The position numbers and the translations under genes were made by a program. Under the pieces are notes generated by a model. The model had not been told where the DNA came from. It worked only from the letters and a program-made list of their open reading frames with translations, and did no database searches. A stretch of 52,215 nucleotides of DNA from a virus (taxonomy: Duplodnaviria; Caudoviricetes): positions 1 to 52,215 of IMG/VR virus record IMGVR_UViG_3300027987_000273; one strand, given 5' to 3'. This document shows positions 8,569-17,229 of the stretch, piece after piece (position 1 is the stretch's first letter; every line of letters begins with the position of its first letter).

Positions 8569-8760
8569 TCACCTTTTGAAGCCCTGGGCCTCGAGGCCTG
8601 CGGCCATGCCCTCGAGGAGGCCGATCGCGCGGATGTATGCGCCGCGCTCGACACAGTCGAGGACCTCGCGCAGGTTCTCGGGCTGCTTGCATAGGAGCTG
8701 GTAGGCCTCCTCCAGTTTGTAGCGCGGAAGGTCGGAGAGCTGGGCCATCGTGGGCATCAT
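8569..8760 (-). CDS. Hypothetical protein
   Basis: Helical C-terminal part of ORF 8569..8907; start coupled to the upstream stop. Confidence 0.55.
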   Translation of the reverse strand: MMPTMAQLSDLPRYKLEEAYQLLCKQPENLREVLDCVERGAYIRAIGLLEGMAAGLEAQGFKR

Positions 8761-8761
8761 A

Positions 8762-9028
8762 TCACCGGCGCCGTCGGTGCTGGCCCGCCTGGGGGCACGT
8801 CCTGAAATGGACGACGTAGAGGCGCCCCTTCCGCTCGGCCTGGGGCACCACGCGCCCATACCAGGTGGAGCGGTCCAGCTTCCCTGGGCGCCGCTCGACG
8901 TTACCATCGGGGACAGGAACAGGGTCGAGAGGGGTCGGCGCCAGGCTGGGGACCATCTTCACCCAGAGGATGACCTGGCCGCAGGTGCGACACTTGCCCT
9001 CGCCCTCGGGATGGCGCTGGCGGGTCAT
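8762..9028 (-). CDS. Small Zn-binding phage protein
   Basis: CRTCG.I.W...P.D...HFRTCP pattern. Confidence 0.7.
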   Translation of the reverse strand: MTRQRHPEGEGKCRTCGQVILWVKMVPSLAPTPLDPVPVPDGNVERRPGKLDRSTWYGRVVPQAERKGRLYVVHFRTCPQAGQHRRRR

Positions 9029-9387
9029 CGGCCCCCCAGGAGAGGCGCCAGGGCTTCGGCATGGAACAGCGCGGCGTCTGCTCTGGCCAGGTCCTCGGCC
9101 AGGCCATCCAGAACAGGTCTATAGCCCATCAGGGCCATCGCCTTCCCGCAGACCACGACCGTCGCCACCCGGTCCTCGGCGAACAGGTGGAGGGCCGTCT
9201 GGTCTCCGGGAAAGTCCCGCTCCATGGTGTACTGAGACGCCCAGGTCGTCTCCTGGGCGATGAACATGGCGGGGTCGTTGGCGTAGGACAGGAGGAACGG
9301 AAGGTCGTGACGGGGAGGAGGTAGCTTCCTCCGTGCGATGCGCCCCTCGGCCTGGACGACCAGGGGCCGGTAGGGGTGGTCAGTCAC
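9025..9387 (-). CDS. Hypothetical protein
   Basis: GTG start with GAGG SD; overlaps neighbours. Confidence 0.6.
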   Translation of the reverse strand: MTDHPYRPLVVQAEGRIARRKLPPPRHDLPFLLSYANDPAMFIAQETTWASQYTMERDFPGDQTALHLFAEDRVATVVVCGKAMALMGYRPVLDGLAEDLARADAALFHAEALAPLLGGR

Positions 9388-9643
9388 CGCGTTCGTGCCT
9401 AACCGCTGGAGGGGTGTGGTCGTGGAGGGGTTCGGCCCGACAGTGACGGATCGCGAGCCCGTCGATGAGGTCACAGGGCCAGGGGATGTCCGTTTTCCGC
9501 CAGTTCCTGGACATGACCTCGTCTTCTGTGAACCGGTGGGCGCGGTCGAGCTCGCAGGTGTAGCCGGCGCGCCCCTCGGCCCACCACAGGACACAATTCC
9601 CGACGACCTGTCGCCGGTCCTGGACATAGAACATCTTCGCCAT
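9380..9643 (-). CDS. Conserved-looking small phage protein
   Basis: YVQD...GNCVLWW...GYT.ELDRA..FT pattern. Confidence 0.65.
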   Translation of the reverse strand: MAKMFYVQDRRQVVGNCVLWWAEGRAGYTCELDRAHRFTEDEVMSRNWRKTDIPWPCDLIDGLAIRHCRAEPLHDHTPPAVRHERGD

Positions 9644-9777
9644 GGGGCCCATGTAGCACACCTGGACCGCGGACAGGCGGGATCTCTCGACCCCGGTCCG
9701 GTCTTGGCCGCCCTTTCGGGCCTGGGCCTCGAGTCGGTGGGTGTCGAGAGCTCCTCAACGGGACCCGTCGGCCCCGC

Positions 9778-9789
9778 AATTGCGCAATT
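9778..9789. promoter_or_regulatory. Perfect 12-bp palindrome AATTGCGCAATT in the divergent promoter region
   Basis: AT-rich palindrome between divergent transcription units. Confidence 0.45.
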
Positions 9790-9843
9790 ACCCGTTACCC
9801 TACCTGTACCACACCGGAAATCGGTGAACGTCGGTCGCTTTGT

Positions 9844-9875
9844 CCTTGTGGACCTGTGTCTGAATTCGTATACTG
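9844..9875 (+). promoter_or_regulatory. Sigma70-like promoter P1
   Basis: TTGTGG-N17-TATACT, then AACACAGGAGGAC SD; 28/32 identical to 10951-10982. Confidence 0.75.
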
Positions 9876-9898
9876 AATGGGCAACACAGGAGGACGTC

Positions 9899-10090
9899 AT
9901 GGACCGAAACACCGCTATCACCGAGCTCCAGAACGACATCGCCGAGATGGAGGCCTTCATCGCCGAGGAGGGCGACGACTTCGGCCAGTGGACGCGCATC
10001 CTCGACGAGCAGCGCGCATACCTGGCCCGCCTGCTGGCCGGTGGCCCGGTTGAGTTCTTCTCCGGCGCGACGGTCGGGGGTGCGCTGTGA
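9899..10090 (+). CDS. Hypothetical acidic protein (63 aa)
   Basis: AGGAGG SD; first gene after P1. Confidence 0.75.
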   Translation: MDRNTAITELQNDIAEMEAFIAEEGDDFGQWTRILDEQRAYLARLLAGGPVEFFSGATVGGAL

Positions 10091-10443
10091 GTCGGCGCGC
10101 AGCCCCCGGCCCCTGGACGGGTCCGTCGTCGTTCTCGCTCTACCTCGGGGGCGCCACCGCTCCTGGGTGCGTCGTCGTCGAACACTGCCATCTGGAATGG
10201 ACCGGCGAGGAGACCCCGAAGGCGATCCGGGTGACCGGGAAGACCTACACCGGGAAAACGGTCGCCGCCTGGCTTCCGAAGCGTGCCATCGTGTCGGAGC
10301 GGGTCGACAAACTTGGATGTGCGGTCGCCGACGACCAGCCCGCGTTCGCCACGACCTACAGCCTGGCCCGCTGGTTCCGTCCGACCGGATGGACCGCGCG
10401 CTTCCTCGAGCTCACCTCGGACATCTCGGGGGTCTCAGCATGA
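10087..10443 (+). CDS. Hypothetical protein
   Basis: GTGA/ATGA overlaps with neighbours. Confidence 0.65.
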   Translation: MSRRAAPGPWTGPSSFSLYLGGATAPGCVVVEHCHLEWTGEETPKAIRVTGKTYTGKTVAAWLPKRAIVSERVDKLGCAVADDQPAFATTYSLARWFRPTGWTARFLELTSDISGVSA

Positions 10444-10702
10444 ACCGCGTCTCGGCCATCACCCTGGGTTCCCACCGCGGTCGCCCCCGCGTGTACATTC
10501 AGGGCCGCTACCTGCTCGACGCCGGGTTCGCCCCCGGCCAGCGCGTCTCCGCCTCGTTCGAGGACGGTCGCGTCGTCCTGGACCTGTCGGCCCAGGGCGA
10601 GCGTCGCGTCTCCCAGAAGCGGGGAGGGACGCCGGTCGTCGACATCAACTCGGCCGCTCTCGCCGAGGCCTTCGGCGACGCCCGCGACCTGGTCGTCCGG
10701 GT
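10440..10702 (+). pseudogene. 5' fragment of a SymE-like domain gene (as found at the N-terminus of some phage/plasmid C5 DNA methyltransferases)
   Basis: LGSHRGRPRVYIQGRYLLDAGFAPG...TPVVDINS; sequence becomes non-protein-like after about 10702. Confidence 0.55.
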
Positions 10703-10942
10703 ACCGTGGAGCAGGTGTGGGAGTGTATCGCCCAGGCGCCGACCGAGCCCCATCCAGCCTACGCCCTGGGCATGTCCCGGCTCTCCTGCGCCTTCTGCAT
10801 CCTCGCCAGCCGTCGGGACCTCCAGATCGCCGCAGAGCACAATCCCGAACTGCTGGCGGAGTATGTGCGCATAGAGGCGAAGATCGGCCACACCTTCCGC
10901 AAGGATGCCAGCATCGTCCAGCTCACCAGGCGCCCCCGGTGA
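10703..10942 (+). pseudogene. 3' fragment of a PAPS reductase family gene
   Basis: TVEQVW...HPAYALGMSRLSCAFCILAS...IGHTFR in a different frame; no own SD and no N-terminal PP-loop. Confidence 0.7.
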
Positions 10943-10950
10943 ATTTTAGG

Positions 10951-10982
10951 CCTTGCGGTTCTGTGTCTGAATTCCTATACTG
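10951..10982 (+). promoter_or_regulatory. Sigma70-like promoter P2
   Basis: TTGCGG-N17-TATACT; near copy of P1 including the CTGTGTCTGAATTC spacer. Confidence 0.75.
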
Positions 10983-11008
10983 GAGGAGAAGGAACACAGG
11001 AGGACAGC

Positions 11009-11431
11009 ATGAAACAGACCCATCCAGTAACCGCCGCCGCCCGCAACTCGAAAAAGGCCCTCCGGGCCCTCGGGTTCGGCGTCTCCGTCAGGTCGACCCG
11101 CAGCTACCACGGCGACCGCGTCATCGTTCGCGTGGACAGCATCCCGGCCAGGACCGAGGCCATCTGCCTCCGCGAGATGGACACGGCCGACGGTCTCATC
11201 ACCGAGCTCAAAGCCTGGCGGAATGCCGTCGGGTTCGTCGTCCAGGGCGTCATCGCCGACCTGGTCGGCGATGCCTCCATCACGGTCGACGTCCGGGCCG
11301 AGATGCCCGGCGAGGCCGAGGAGGCGCCCTGCTCGGTCTGCATCCTCGATGGCGCGCCCTGCGCCGATTGCGCGGACGCGGAAGCCCATCGCACGTTCGC
11401 CGCGTTCGCCGGCTACGCAGGGGGGCGCTGA
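11009..11431 (+). CDS. Hypothetical protein with C-terminal CxxC-CxxC
   Basis: AGGAGG SD after P2. Confidence 0.75.
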   Translation: MKQTHPVTAAARNSKKALRALGFGVSVRSTRSYHGDRVIVRVDSIPARTEAICLREMDTADGLITELKAWRNAVGFVVQGVIADLVGDASITVDVRAEMPGEAEEAPCSVCILDGAPCADCADAEAHRTFAAFAGYAGGR

Positions 11432-11619
11432 TGAGGAAGCGAGACCCGCGCATCCCGCTGGTGGAGCAGGTCCGGGCGCTGGCCTACGAGCTGGCGCAGC
11501 CCGACGAGGAGCTGGACTTCTACGGGGCCGCCTTGGCCCTGGGCTGCGACGAGCAGAAGGCCGAGGAGCTCGACGAGGAGCTCACCATCCGTACCATGCG
11601 CGCCCGGGGTGCCCTGTGA
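11431..11619 (+). CDS. Hypothetical protein (MRKRDPRIPL...)
   Basis: TGATG coupling. Confidence 0.6.
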   Translation: MRKRDPRIPLVEQVRALAYELAQPDEELDFYGAALALGCDEQKAEELDEELTIRTMRARGAL

Positions 11620-11939
11620 CCCCGCGCCGTCGGTTCCGGTTCGAGGTCGAGTGGTACGAACAGCGCCGCGACATGGAGCCGGTCGTCCACGGAACCAACG
11701 ATGTCGCCGAGGCCTTCCAGTGGGCCCGCGAGATGGACGGGACCGTGTGGGACCGCGACCGCGCCGATCGCCATCACCGCAACGGTCGCGACTTCTCCGC
11801 CGATACCGCCTGCGCCGTGGACTCTGGCGACGTCCCCGGGCGCTGGTTCTGCGACTGCCTGGCCTGCGGCGAGTGGCAGTCGAACCGCGACCCCGACACC
11901 CAGCCCGCGCCCCCACAGGAGTGGCTCCTCGATGATTGA
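11616..11939 (+). CDS. Hypothetical Cys-containing protein
   Basis: GTGA overlap; CDCLAC motif. Confidence 0.6.
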   Translation: MTPRRRFRFEVEWYEQRRDMEPVVHGTNDVAEAFQWAREMDGTVWDRDRADRHHRNGRDFSADTACAVDSGDVPGRWFCDCLACGEWQSNRDPDTQPAPPQEWLLDD

Positions 11940-12129
11940 TCATGGAACCACCAGGGCGCACCGGATCCACCGGTCGCCCTCGCCCTCGGGCCTCAACTAC
12001 CTCGAGACGCGCTCCGAGCGTTACTGCGCGCACTGCGCGACCTGGGTCCCGGTTTACGGAGTGACCGGGGCCCTCCATTGGATGGCCACCCACAGGGATG
12101 GCGATTGCACACAGGAGAACAGCCGATGA
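11932..12129 (+). CDS. Hypothetical protein with CxxC
   Basis: Overlapping start and stop in the operon. Confidence 0.55.
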   Translation: MIDHGTTRAHRIHRSPSPSGLNYLETRSERYCAHCATWVPVYGVTGALHWMATHRDGDCTQENSR

Positions 12130-12332
12130 CATACAGCGAACAGCGGAACACCCGCTTCACCCCCGAACAGGCCGCCGAGGTCGACCGGGTCGCCGAGGAA
12201 GCAGGCCTCAGCGTCTCGGAGCTCGTCCGACTCGCGGTCCTCTCCGCGGTCGAGCGATGCCCCCTCTGCGGCGCCCACAGGGCCCACCACGGCCCGTCCG
12301 TCGCGGGCATGGCGGAAGGGGCCCGCCGATGA
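12126..12332 (+). CDS. Ribbon-helix-helix (CopG/Arc-like) DNA-binding protein with CPLCG tail
   Basis: RNTRFTPEQAAEVDRVAEEAGLSVSELVRLAV; AGGAG SD. Confidence 0.7.
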   Translation: MTYSEQRNTRFTPEQAAEVDRVAEEAGLSVSELVRLAVLSAVERCPLCGAHRAHHGPSVAGMAEGARR

Positions 12333-12616
12333 ACGAGCTCGACAGGGGGCTCCTGAAGCGGGCCGACGAGGAGATCTCGAACACCGCCGGGTCGAGCTTC
12401 CTGGTGGTGCGCCATTGTCACTGGCAAGCCACCAGGGGCGCCATCTTCGCCCGGGACCTCCAGGGCAAGATCAACGGGCTAATCGGGACGCTCGCGGAGG
12501 AGACCCGCGAGGAGCTCCTGGACAGCCTGGCCCAGGTGGCCGACGTCCTCCGTGGGGTCATCCTCGCGACGGTCACCTACGAGGACGGGACCGACCGCAT
12601 GGGAGGAGACCGATGA
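12329..12616 (+). CDS. Hypothetical protein
   Basis: ATGA overlap. Confidence 0.6.
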   Translation: MNELDRGLLKRADEEISNTAGSSFLVVRHCHWQATRGAIFARDLQGKINGLIGTLAEETREELLDSLAQVADVLRGVILATVTYEDGTDRMGGDR

Positions 12617-12789
12617 CCCGGGCGGAGGCGAAGACCGTGGAGATGCTGGTCGACGACGCGACCCGGGCCCTCGAGGACGTTCTCCAGAAGCCCCACTCCA
12701 GCCCGGTCGGGGCCCTCGTTCGGAACGCGCTGGTCGCCCTGGGCCGCCTGGACCTGATCGCCCAGGTCGAGCTCCTGGAGGGCGACTGA
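12613..12789 (+). CDS. Hypothetical protein
   Basis: GGAGG SD, ATGA overlap. Confidence 0.6.
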   Translation: MTRAEAKTVEMLVDDATRALEDVLQKPHSSPVGALVRNALVALGRLDLIAQVELLEGD

Positions 12790-13013
12790 TGGCTGAATAT
12801 GCAGAATACGGACGGACCCACTGTGAGTTCTGCTGCGCGAAGATCCAGGGGGAACACTGGTCCTGGTCTCAGTGCAACAATGGCGGGGTCGGAGTGACCC
12901 TCTGCGAGGGCTGCGCGAGGGCTGCGGAGCACCTTCCCCGAAGGCTGGTCTATGTTCTCCGCTGCGTCGGCGAGACCGCCTGGGAACTCCTACACGAGGA
13001 CCCGGACGTCTGA
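12789..13013 (+). CDS. Small Zn-finger-like protein
   Basis: CEFC...CEGC; TGATG coupling. Confidence 0.6.
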   Translation: MAEYAEYGRTHCEFCCAKIQGEHWSWSQCNNGGVGVTLCEGCARAAEHLPRRLVYVLRCVGETAWELLHEDPDV

Positions 13014-13249
13014 TGGGCCTGAAGCCACGGAAGCCACCGGAGTCCTCCGACTGGGGGTTCGACCCGAAGAACCCGTTACGCGACCCCCAGGACCTCTACC
13101 GGGCCGCCCTGCGGTTCGCGGCGAAGGCCCTGGAATACACGGCCCAGGGCACGGGCGACCAGCTCCAGGCGATGCAGGACGCCCAGAAGGAACTCCGCCA
13201 TCAGGCCCACCGCTACGCCGGGGCCCGCCGCGGCGACTCTGGCATCTGA
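13013..13249 (+). CDS. Hypothetical protein (last gene of the plus cassette)
   Basis: TGATG coupling. Confidence 0.6.
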   Translation: MGLKPRKPPESSDWGFDPKNPLRDPQDLYRAALRFAAKALEYTAQGTGDQLQAMQDAQKELRHQAHRYAGARRGDSGI

Positions 13250-13527
13250 ACCCCCTCCTCGCGGAGGGTGCGAGATAGCACACCCACGGACACGCCCAGC
13301 TCCTCAGCGATGAGGCGCATGGGCGTTGTCTCGTTTCGGAACCTGCGGACCAGGTCGGCCCTGGCCCGGTCGTTCAGGAGGCATCCACCATGGCAGGGAA
13401 GCAGGGACCCAGCGCAGGGCGCCCAGGGCTCGCCACACACCGGACACGGCCTGGTCCAGTGATAGCCGGGGCCCCAGGGTTCGGCGCGCAGGGGGAGCCG
13501 GAAGCTACTCTCGGTGCACCCTGGCAC
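13213..13527 (-). CDS. Cys-rich protein with C-terminal HTH
   Basis: CPVC...MRLIAEELGVSVGVLSRTL; start uncertain. Confidence 0.55.
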   Translation of the reverse strand: MPGCTESSFRLPLRAEPWGPGYHWTRPCPVCGEPWAPCAGSLLPCHGGCLLNDRARADLVRRFRNETTPMRLIAEELGVSVGVLSRTLREEGVQMPESPRRAPA

Positions 13528-13738
13528 GCGGCGCCCTCGGTCTGGTCATCCAGGCGAACCCATATCGCAGACCAGCCCCGACCAGGACGAATAGGAACAG
13601 GGGCCAGGCGATGACCGACGCGGCGCCCACGAACCCGTCCTCCTCCGCCTCGAGGAAGCGAGGCAGGACGAACAGGGCGAACGTGGCGCCGACCGCCCAG
13701 GCGATGCAGAGCCATCCGTGGAGGGGCATCTCACTCAT
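13505..13738 (-). CDS. Small membrane protein
   Basis: Two hydrophobic segments including IAWPLFLFVL. Confidence 0.6.
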   Translation of the reverse strand: MSEMPLHGWLCIAWAVGATFALFVLPRFLEAEEDGFVGAASVIAWPLFLFVLVGAGLRYGFAWMTRPRAPRARVHRE

Positions 13739-13940
13739 GGTCGCCAGGGTACCCCAATCCGGTCTCGAGGACCTGGTCGAAGATCTCCTGGAGCTTTTCC
13801 TTCGTCAGGGGGGAGTTGTCGACCTTCATCCCGGCATAGGTGACCGGGTCGACCCCGCGGTCGATGCCCGCGTAGGACCCCGACTCCGCCCAGGCTCTCG
13901 CCCAGGCCCTCCGTCGCTTCCGGCGCTGGTGGGAGTTCAC
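13731..13940 (-). CDS. Hypothetical protein
   Basis: Coupled overlaps. Confidence 0.55.
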   Translation of the reverse strand: MNSHQRRKRRRAWARAWAESGSYAGIDRGVDPVTYAGMKVDNSPLTKEKLQEIFDQVLETGLGYPGDHE

Positions 13941-14182
13941 AGGGTGTCCATGGCCGCCTCGAACATGACCGTCGTCATGGTCCGCGCCTCAAGAGGGGGG
14001 ATGGCGTTGTCGACCCAGACCGGGACGCCCACCGCGCGAAGCAGGGGGATCGGCCCGAACTCGACGCCCGACTCCTCCGCCATGATCTGGGCTGTTTCGT
14101 AGGACATGGTCACGGCCGCAACGTCTCCGCCCTCGGCGCGAACCGACTCGATCAGCTTCTTGACCATCTCGACCTTGATCAC
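13937..14182 (-). CDS. Hypothetical protein
   Basis: GTG start with GGAG SD. Confidence 0.55.
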   Translation of the reverse strand: MIKVEMVKKLIESVRAEGGDVAAVTMSYETAQIMAEESGVEFGPIPLLRAVGVPVWVDNAIPPLEARTMTTVMFEAAMDTL

Positions 14183-14349
14183 AATCCGTGCTCCAGCTTC
14201 CCCTCTCGGTCCTCGAGGATACACGCCCCACACGTGTCTCCGATACAGGTCGGCCGGAGCGGACTCGCGCAGACGAAGCAGCGCCGCGAGTCGCGGAGCT
14301 CCTGGTAGGTCTGGCGCTGCTTGCGGGCCTTGAACCTAGACCCGGCCAC
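14179..14349 (-). CDS. Small Zn-finger protein (56 aa; not in ORF track)
   Basis: CFVC...CGAC; fills the gap with overlaps on both sides. Confidence 0.5.
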   Translation of the reverse strand: MAGSRFKARKQRQTYQELRDSRRCFVCASPLRPTCIGDTCGACILEDREGKLEHGL

Positions 14350-14602
14350 GGGGCTCCTCCTGGGCGATGCGAACCCAGATTGCAGTATCGAGCTCGCCCA
14401 GGTCGCGAGAATTGAGGAGGCGACCGTGGGCCCAGCGCAGGGCCTCGACGAACCCCTGGCGACGGGACCGTTCCCGCGCCGCGTCGATGGCCGCGTCGCG
14501 TCGCCGTTCGTGGTAGTCGAGGGTCGTCCCGCCGCCCTTGCGGCGACAGGCCTGGTCGACCTGGGCGCCGCAGGAGGGGCATGGGAACTTGATGGGGCTC
14601 AC
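14336..14602 (-). CDS. Zn-finger protein
   Basis: CPSCGA....C...H..R pattern. Confidence 0.65.
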   Translation of the reverse strand: MSPIKFPCPSCGAQVDQACRRKGGGTTLDYHERRRDAAIDAARERSRRQGFVEALRWAHGRLLNSRDLGELDTAIWVRIAQEEPRGRV

Positions 14603-14811
14603 GGCCTGATCTCCTCGTCGCCGATGATCTTCCGGCACTGGACCCAGAAACAGTCCCAATCCCAGCCCGCGGTGTAGACGGCCATGAAGCGATTGAAGCC
14701 TCCCACCATCAGGAAGATGAACACGACCAGGACGAGCGACCCGATGGCGTTGCGAGCCTTCTTGGAGCGCTCGCGCTTCTGGTGCGCGTTCATGACAGGG
14801 TCGATGGACAC
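14599..14811 (-). CDS. Small membrane protein
   Basis: One TM segment; GGAG SD. Confidence 0.55.
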   Translation of the reverse strand: MSIDPVMNAHQKRERSKKARNAIGSLVLVVFIFLMVGGFNRFMAVYTAGWDWDCFWVQCRKIIGDEEIRP

Positions 14812-14812
14812 G

Positions 14813-15784
14813 TCAGCTCCCCTCGTGGTCGTCGGCCCAGTCGCCCTGGCAGTAGACGACGGGACCCGGGTTGAACTCCTTGACCTTCGCCAGCCCGGTC
14901 GAGGGACTGCCATCGGCCTCGGCCATCTCTCCGCCGTTCATGACGGGGCAGGGCTCGAACTCGGGGACGGAGACGGTGCCCTTGATCGTCACCATATCTA
15001 CCGGTGGCGGTAGCCAAGCCCGCTCACGCGCACGCTTCGCCATGGATTCCCTGAACTGATCGGAGATCTCCACCGCGAGCTTCTCTCTGACCAGACCTTT
15101 AACGTCCTCCAGCTGCTTCTCCATGGCCTGGGCGCGGTCGGTCACCGAGATCACGGTGGCGACCTCGGTCTCGAGCTCCTTCTCGAGGCGCTTGACTGTC
15201 CGGTTCGCGGCCATCAGGTCGCGCCCCCGCTGCTCGTAGCTGTTCGCGAGAGCGTCGAACCGCTTCTGGAGCGTCCCTCCGCCAGCCTGCGCCGCGGCGA
15301 GGACCTTCCCGGAGATTCGGCCTTCCATCGAGAACGACATCTCGTCGCTGTACGGGGAGCCGCGCTCGACAGTGACGCTGTCGACCTGGAGTCCCGAGCT
15401 CTCCGCAAGTTCTCGGACAGTGGCCCAGGGGCTCGGTCGCCGCGCGCCCTGGTACCGCGGACCCTTCTCTCGCGACAGGCTGAAGACGAACCGGTCGGGG
15501 TCGTCGTCGGGGTATTGGAGGACCTGGGGGCCGAATCTGCGGGCCATGTCGTCGAGATCGGTGTCCGTATAGAAGACGCTCCCATCCGGGTGTTCAGACA
15601 TCAGACGCTGGTCGATCCACTCCTCCGAGACCGCGTCGCGACGCCCGCAGGCGAAGCACACGGTCCAGAGGTCGCCACCGAACCGGACCGACTCGACGCC
15701 ACAATCTGGATCGTCGCACCCAGTCCGGAAGCGCGCGATCTCGACCGCGATGGTGGCGTGGGCTCTCTTACTTTGTCGGTTCAT
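14813..15784 (-). CDS. Hypothetical protein with N-terminal Cys cluster and coiled coil
   Basis: 323-aa ORF; GGAG SD. Confidence 0.65.
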   Translation of the reverse strand: MNRQSKRAHATIAVEIARFRTGCDDPDCGVESVRFGGDLWTVCFACGRRDAVSEEWIDQRLMSEHPDGSVFYTDTDLDDMARRFGPQVLQYPDDDPDRFVFSLSREKGPRYQGARRPSPWATVRELAESSGLQVDSVTVERGSPYSDEMSFSMEGRISGKVLAAAQAGGGTLQKRFDALANSYEQRGRDLMAANRTVKRLEKELETEVATVISVTDRAQAMEKQLEDVKGLVREKLAVEISDQFRESMAKRARERAWLPPPVDMVTIKGTVSVPEFEPCPVMNGGEMAEADGSPSTGLAKVKEFNPGPVVYCQGDWADDHEGS

Positions 15785-16184
15785 CGGAGGTCTCCTTGAT
15801 CTGGCGCGCGACCCAGGCGCGCATCCACTGCCAGCGCTTCTCCGGGTCGGAGATGTCGTCGTTGAGGAAGGCTATCTCGCGGGCCATGGACTCCGCAATG
15901 TTGAACGCCTTGGCCACCGCTCGGGGGTCCTCGGGGTCCAGGGTGCGCATGTCGACGCCGCGACGCTGTCCCACTGCGCCCATCGCACAGACCTCGCCCT
16001 GGGGCGTCTCGAGCTCGTGCGCGATCAGTCGCTTCTCTGGCATGGCGTCGAGGGCCTCCAGGAGCTCGCGGAGGAACTGCTGACCGCGGCGCCCACCCAG
16101 GGCGCGGTCGACCGACGCGCGATAGAGGTTGAACAGCTGGGGCTCGTCGTAGGCGTAATCGTCGCAGTAGCCGGATCGACTCAT
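15768..16184 (-). CDS. Conserved-looking phage protein
   Basis: MSRSGY.DD...GRRGQQFLRELLEALDAMPEKRLI...GEVCAMG pattern. Confidence 0.75.
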   Translation of the reverse strand: MSRSGYCDDYAYDEPQLFNLYRASVDRALGGRRGQQFLRELLEALDAMPEKRLIAHELETPQGEVCAMGAVGQRRGVDMRTLDPEDPRAVAKAFNIAESMAREIAFLNDDISDPEKRWQWMRAWVARQIKETSDEPTK

Positions 16185-16537
16185 GGGGTCTCCTGGTCCA
16201 GGGGTAGAAGGTCGCGCGTGTCGATGTCGATGGCGACCAGGGGCTTCTCACGCTTCAGGCGCAGTCTGAACTCGTCGGTCCGTCGCTTCCAGTGCACCGA
16301 GCTCGACCAGTAAACGCCCTTTTCAGAGCGACACGGGACGCCTACGGGCATCTTGCACACGGGGCACTCCTGGAACAATACCGAGCCATCGGTGCGCACC
16401 CAGGCGCCGGAGCGGTCGGGATGGGGAACGAACGCGATCAGCGCGCCCCCTGGTCGGGTCCGCAGAAGGAACCCCTTGTAGCACCGCCGACCACGTCGGC
16501 GCATTTTGACCGGGACATGATACGGATCGACCGTCAC
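16181..16537 (-). CDS. Zn-finger protein
   Basis: CPVC....G.PC...H..R. Confidence 0.6.
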   Translation of the reverse strand: MTVDPYHVPVKMRRRGRRCYKGFLLRTRPGGALIAFVPHPDRSGAWVRTDGSVLFQECPVCKMPVGVPCRSEKGVYWSSSVHWKRRTDEFRLRLKREKPLVAIDIDTRDLLPLDQETP

Positions 16538-16695
16538 CGCTTCACTCCTGCGGCCCTACGGATGAACAGCAGGACCTGACGGAACACGTCGGTCACGGTC
16601 TCGGCCTCGAAGACCTTGTCGCCGTCGATGATATGGCACGCCCACCCGTGGGGGGTCCGGTGGACGGTCATCGAGAACAGGTTACGGCTCGCCAT
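16534..16695 (-). CDS. Hypothetical protein (53 aa; not in ORF track)
   Basis: GGAGG SD, coupled overlaps. Confidence 0.5.
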   Translation of the reverse strand: MASRNLFSMTVHRTPHGWACHIIDGDKVFEAETVTDVFRQVLLFIRRAAGVKR

Positions 16696-17107
16696 CGTTG
16701 GCCGCCTCCTCGATCCAGCGCTCGGTCTCGGCGCGCCGGGCTTCCGCTTGGACGTCCTCGGCCTGCTGGCGCTCCTTCGCCTCCTCCTCGGCCTTCCAGA
16801 GGGCCTGGACCATGCGCATCTGTCGGATGTCCTTCGCCTGGAGCTCCAGCATGGTCTCGGCGTATTTCAGGGCCTTCTCGAACCGAGGACCGAAGTCGCC
16901 CGACATGGCCAGGCGCTCGGCGTGTTTAACTGAGAGCCCGCCGATGGCCTGATTGTAAACGGCGCCCCTCTGGCAGTCGCACTCCTTCTCGTGTTCCGTG
17001 CACCATAGTGGGGTCGGACGGAGAACCTGGGCGAGGCCCTCGGAGACGCGCTGCATCTCCGGTGGGCACTCCTCGTGTTTCCGCGGTTGCAGATCTTCGC
17101 CTTCCAT
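16682..17107 (-). CDS. Hypothetical coiled-coil protein
   Basis: ORF track; start uncertain. Confidence 0.6.
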   Translation of the reverse strand: MEGEDLQPRKHEECPPEMQRVSEGLAQVLRPTPLWCTEHEKECDCQRGAVYNQAIGGLSVKHAERLAMSGDFGPRFEKALKYAETMLELQAKDIRQMRMVQALWKAEEEAKERQQAEDVQAEARRAETERWIEEAANDGEP

Positions 17108-17229
17108 GTCCGCATCCCCTACCACCTGGGGGATGACCAGGTCGAGCAGAATCCGGAGGGTGAGCCGAAGTTACCGACAACTCCTTGACACGTGGTCGGC
17201 ACGGGGGATGCTATCGCGCGGTGTCGCGA

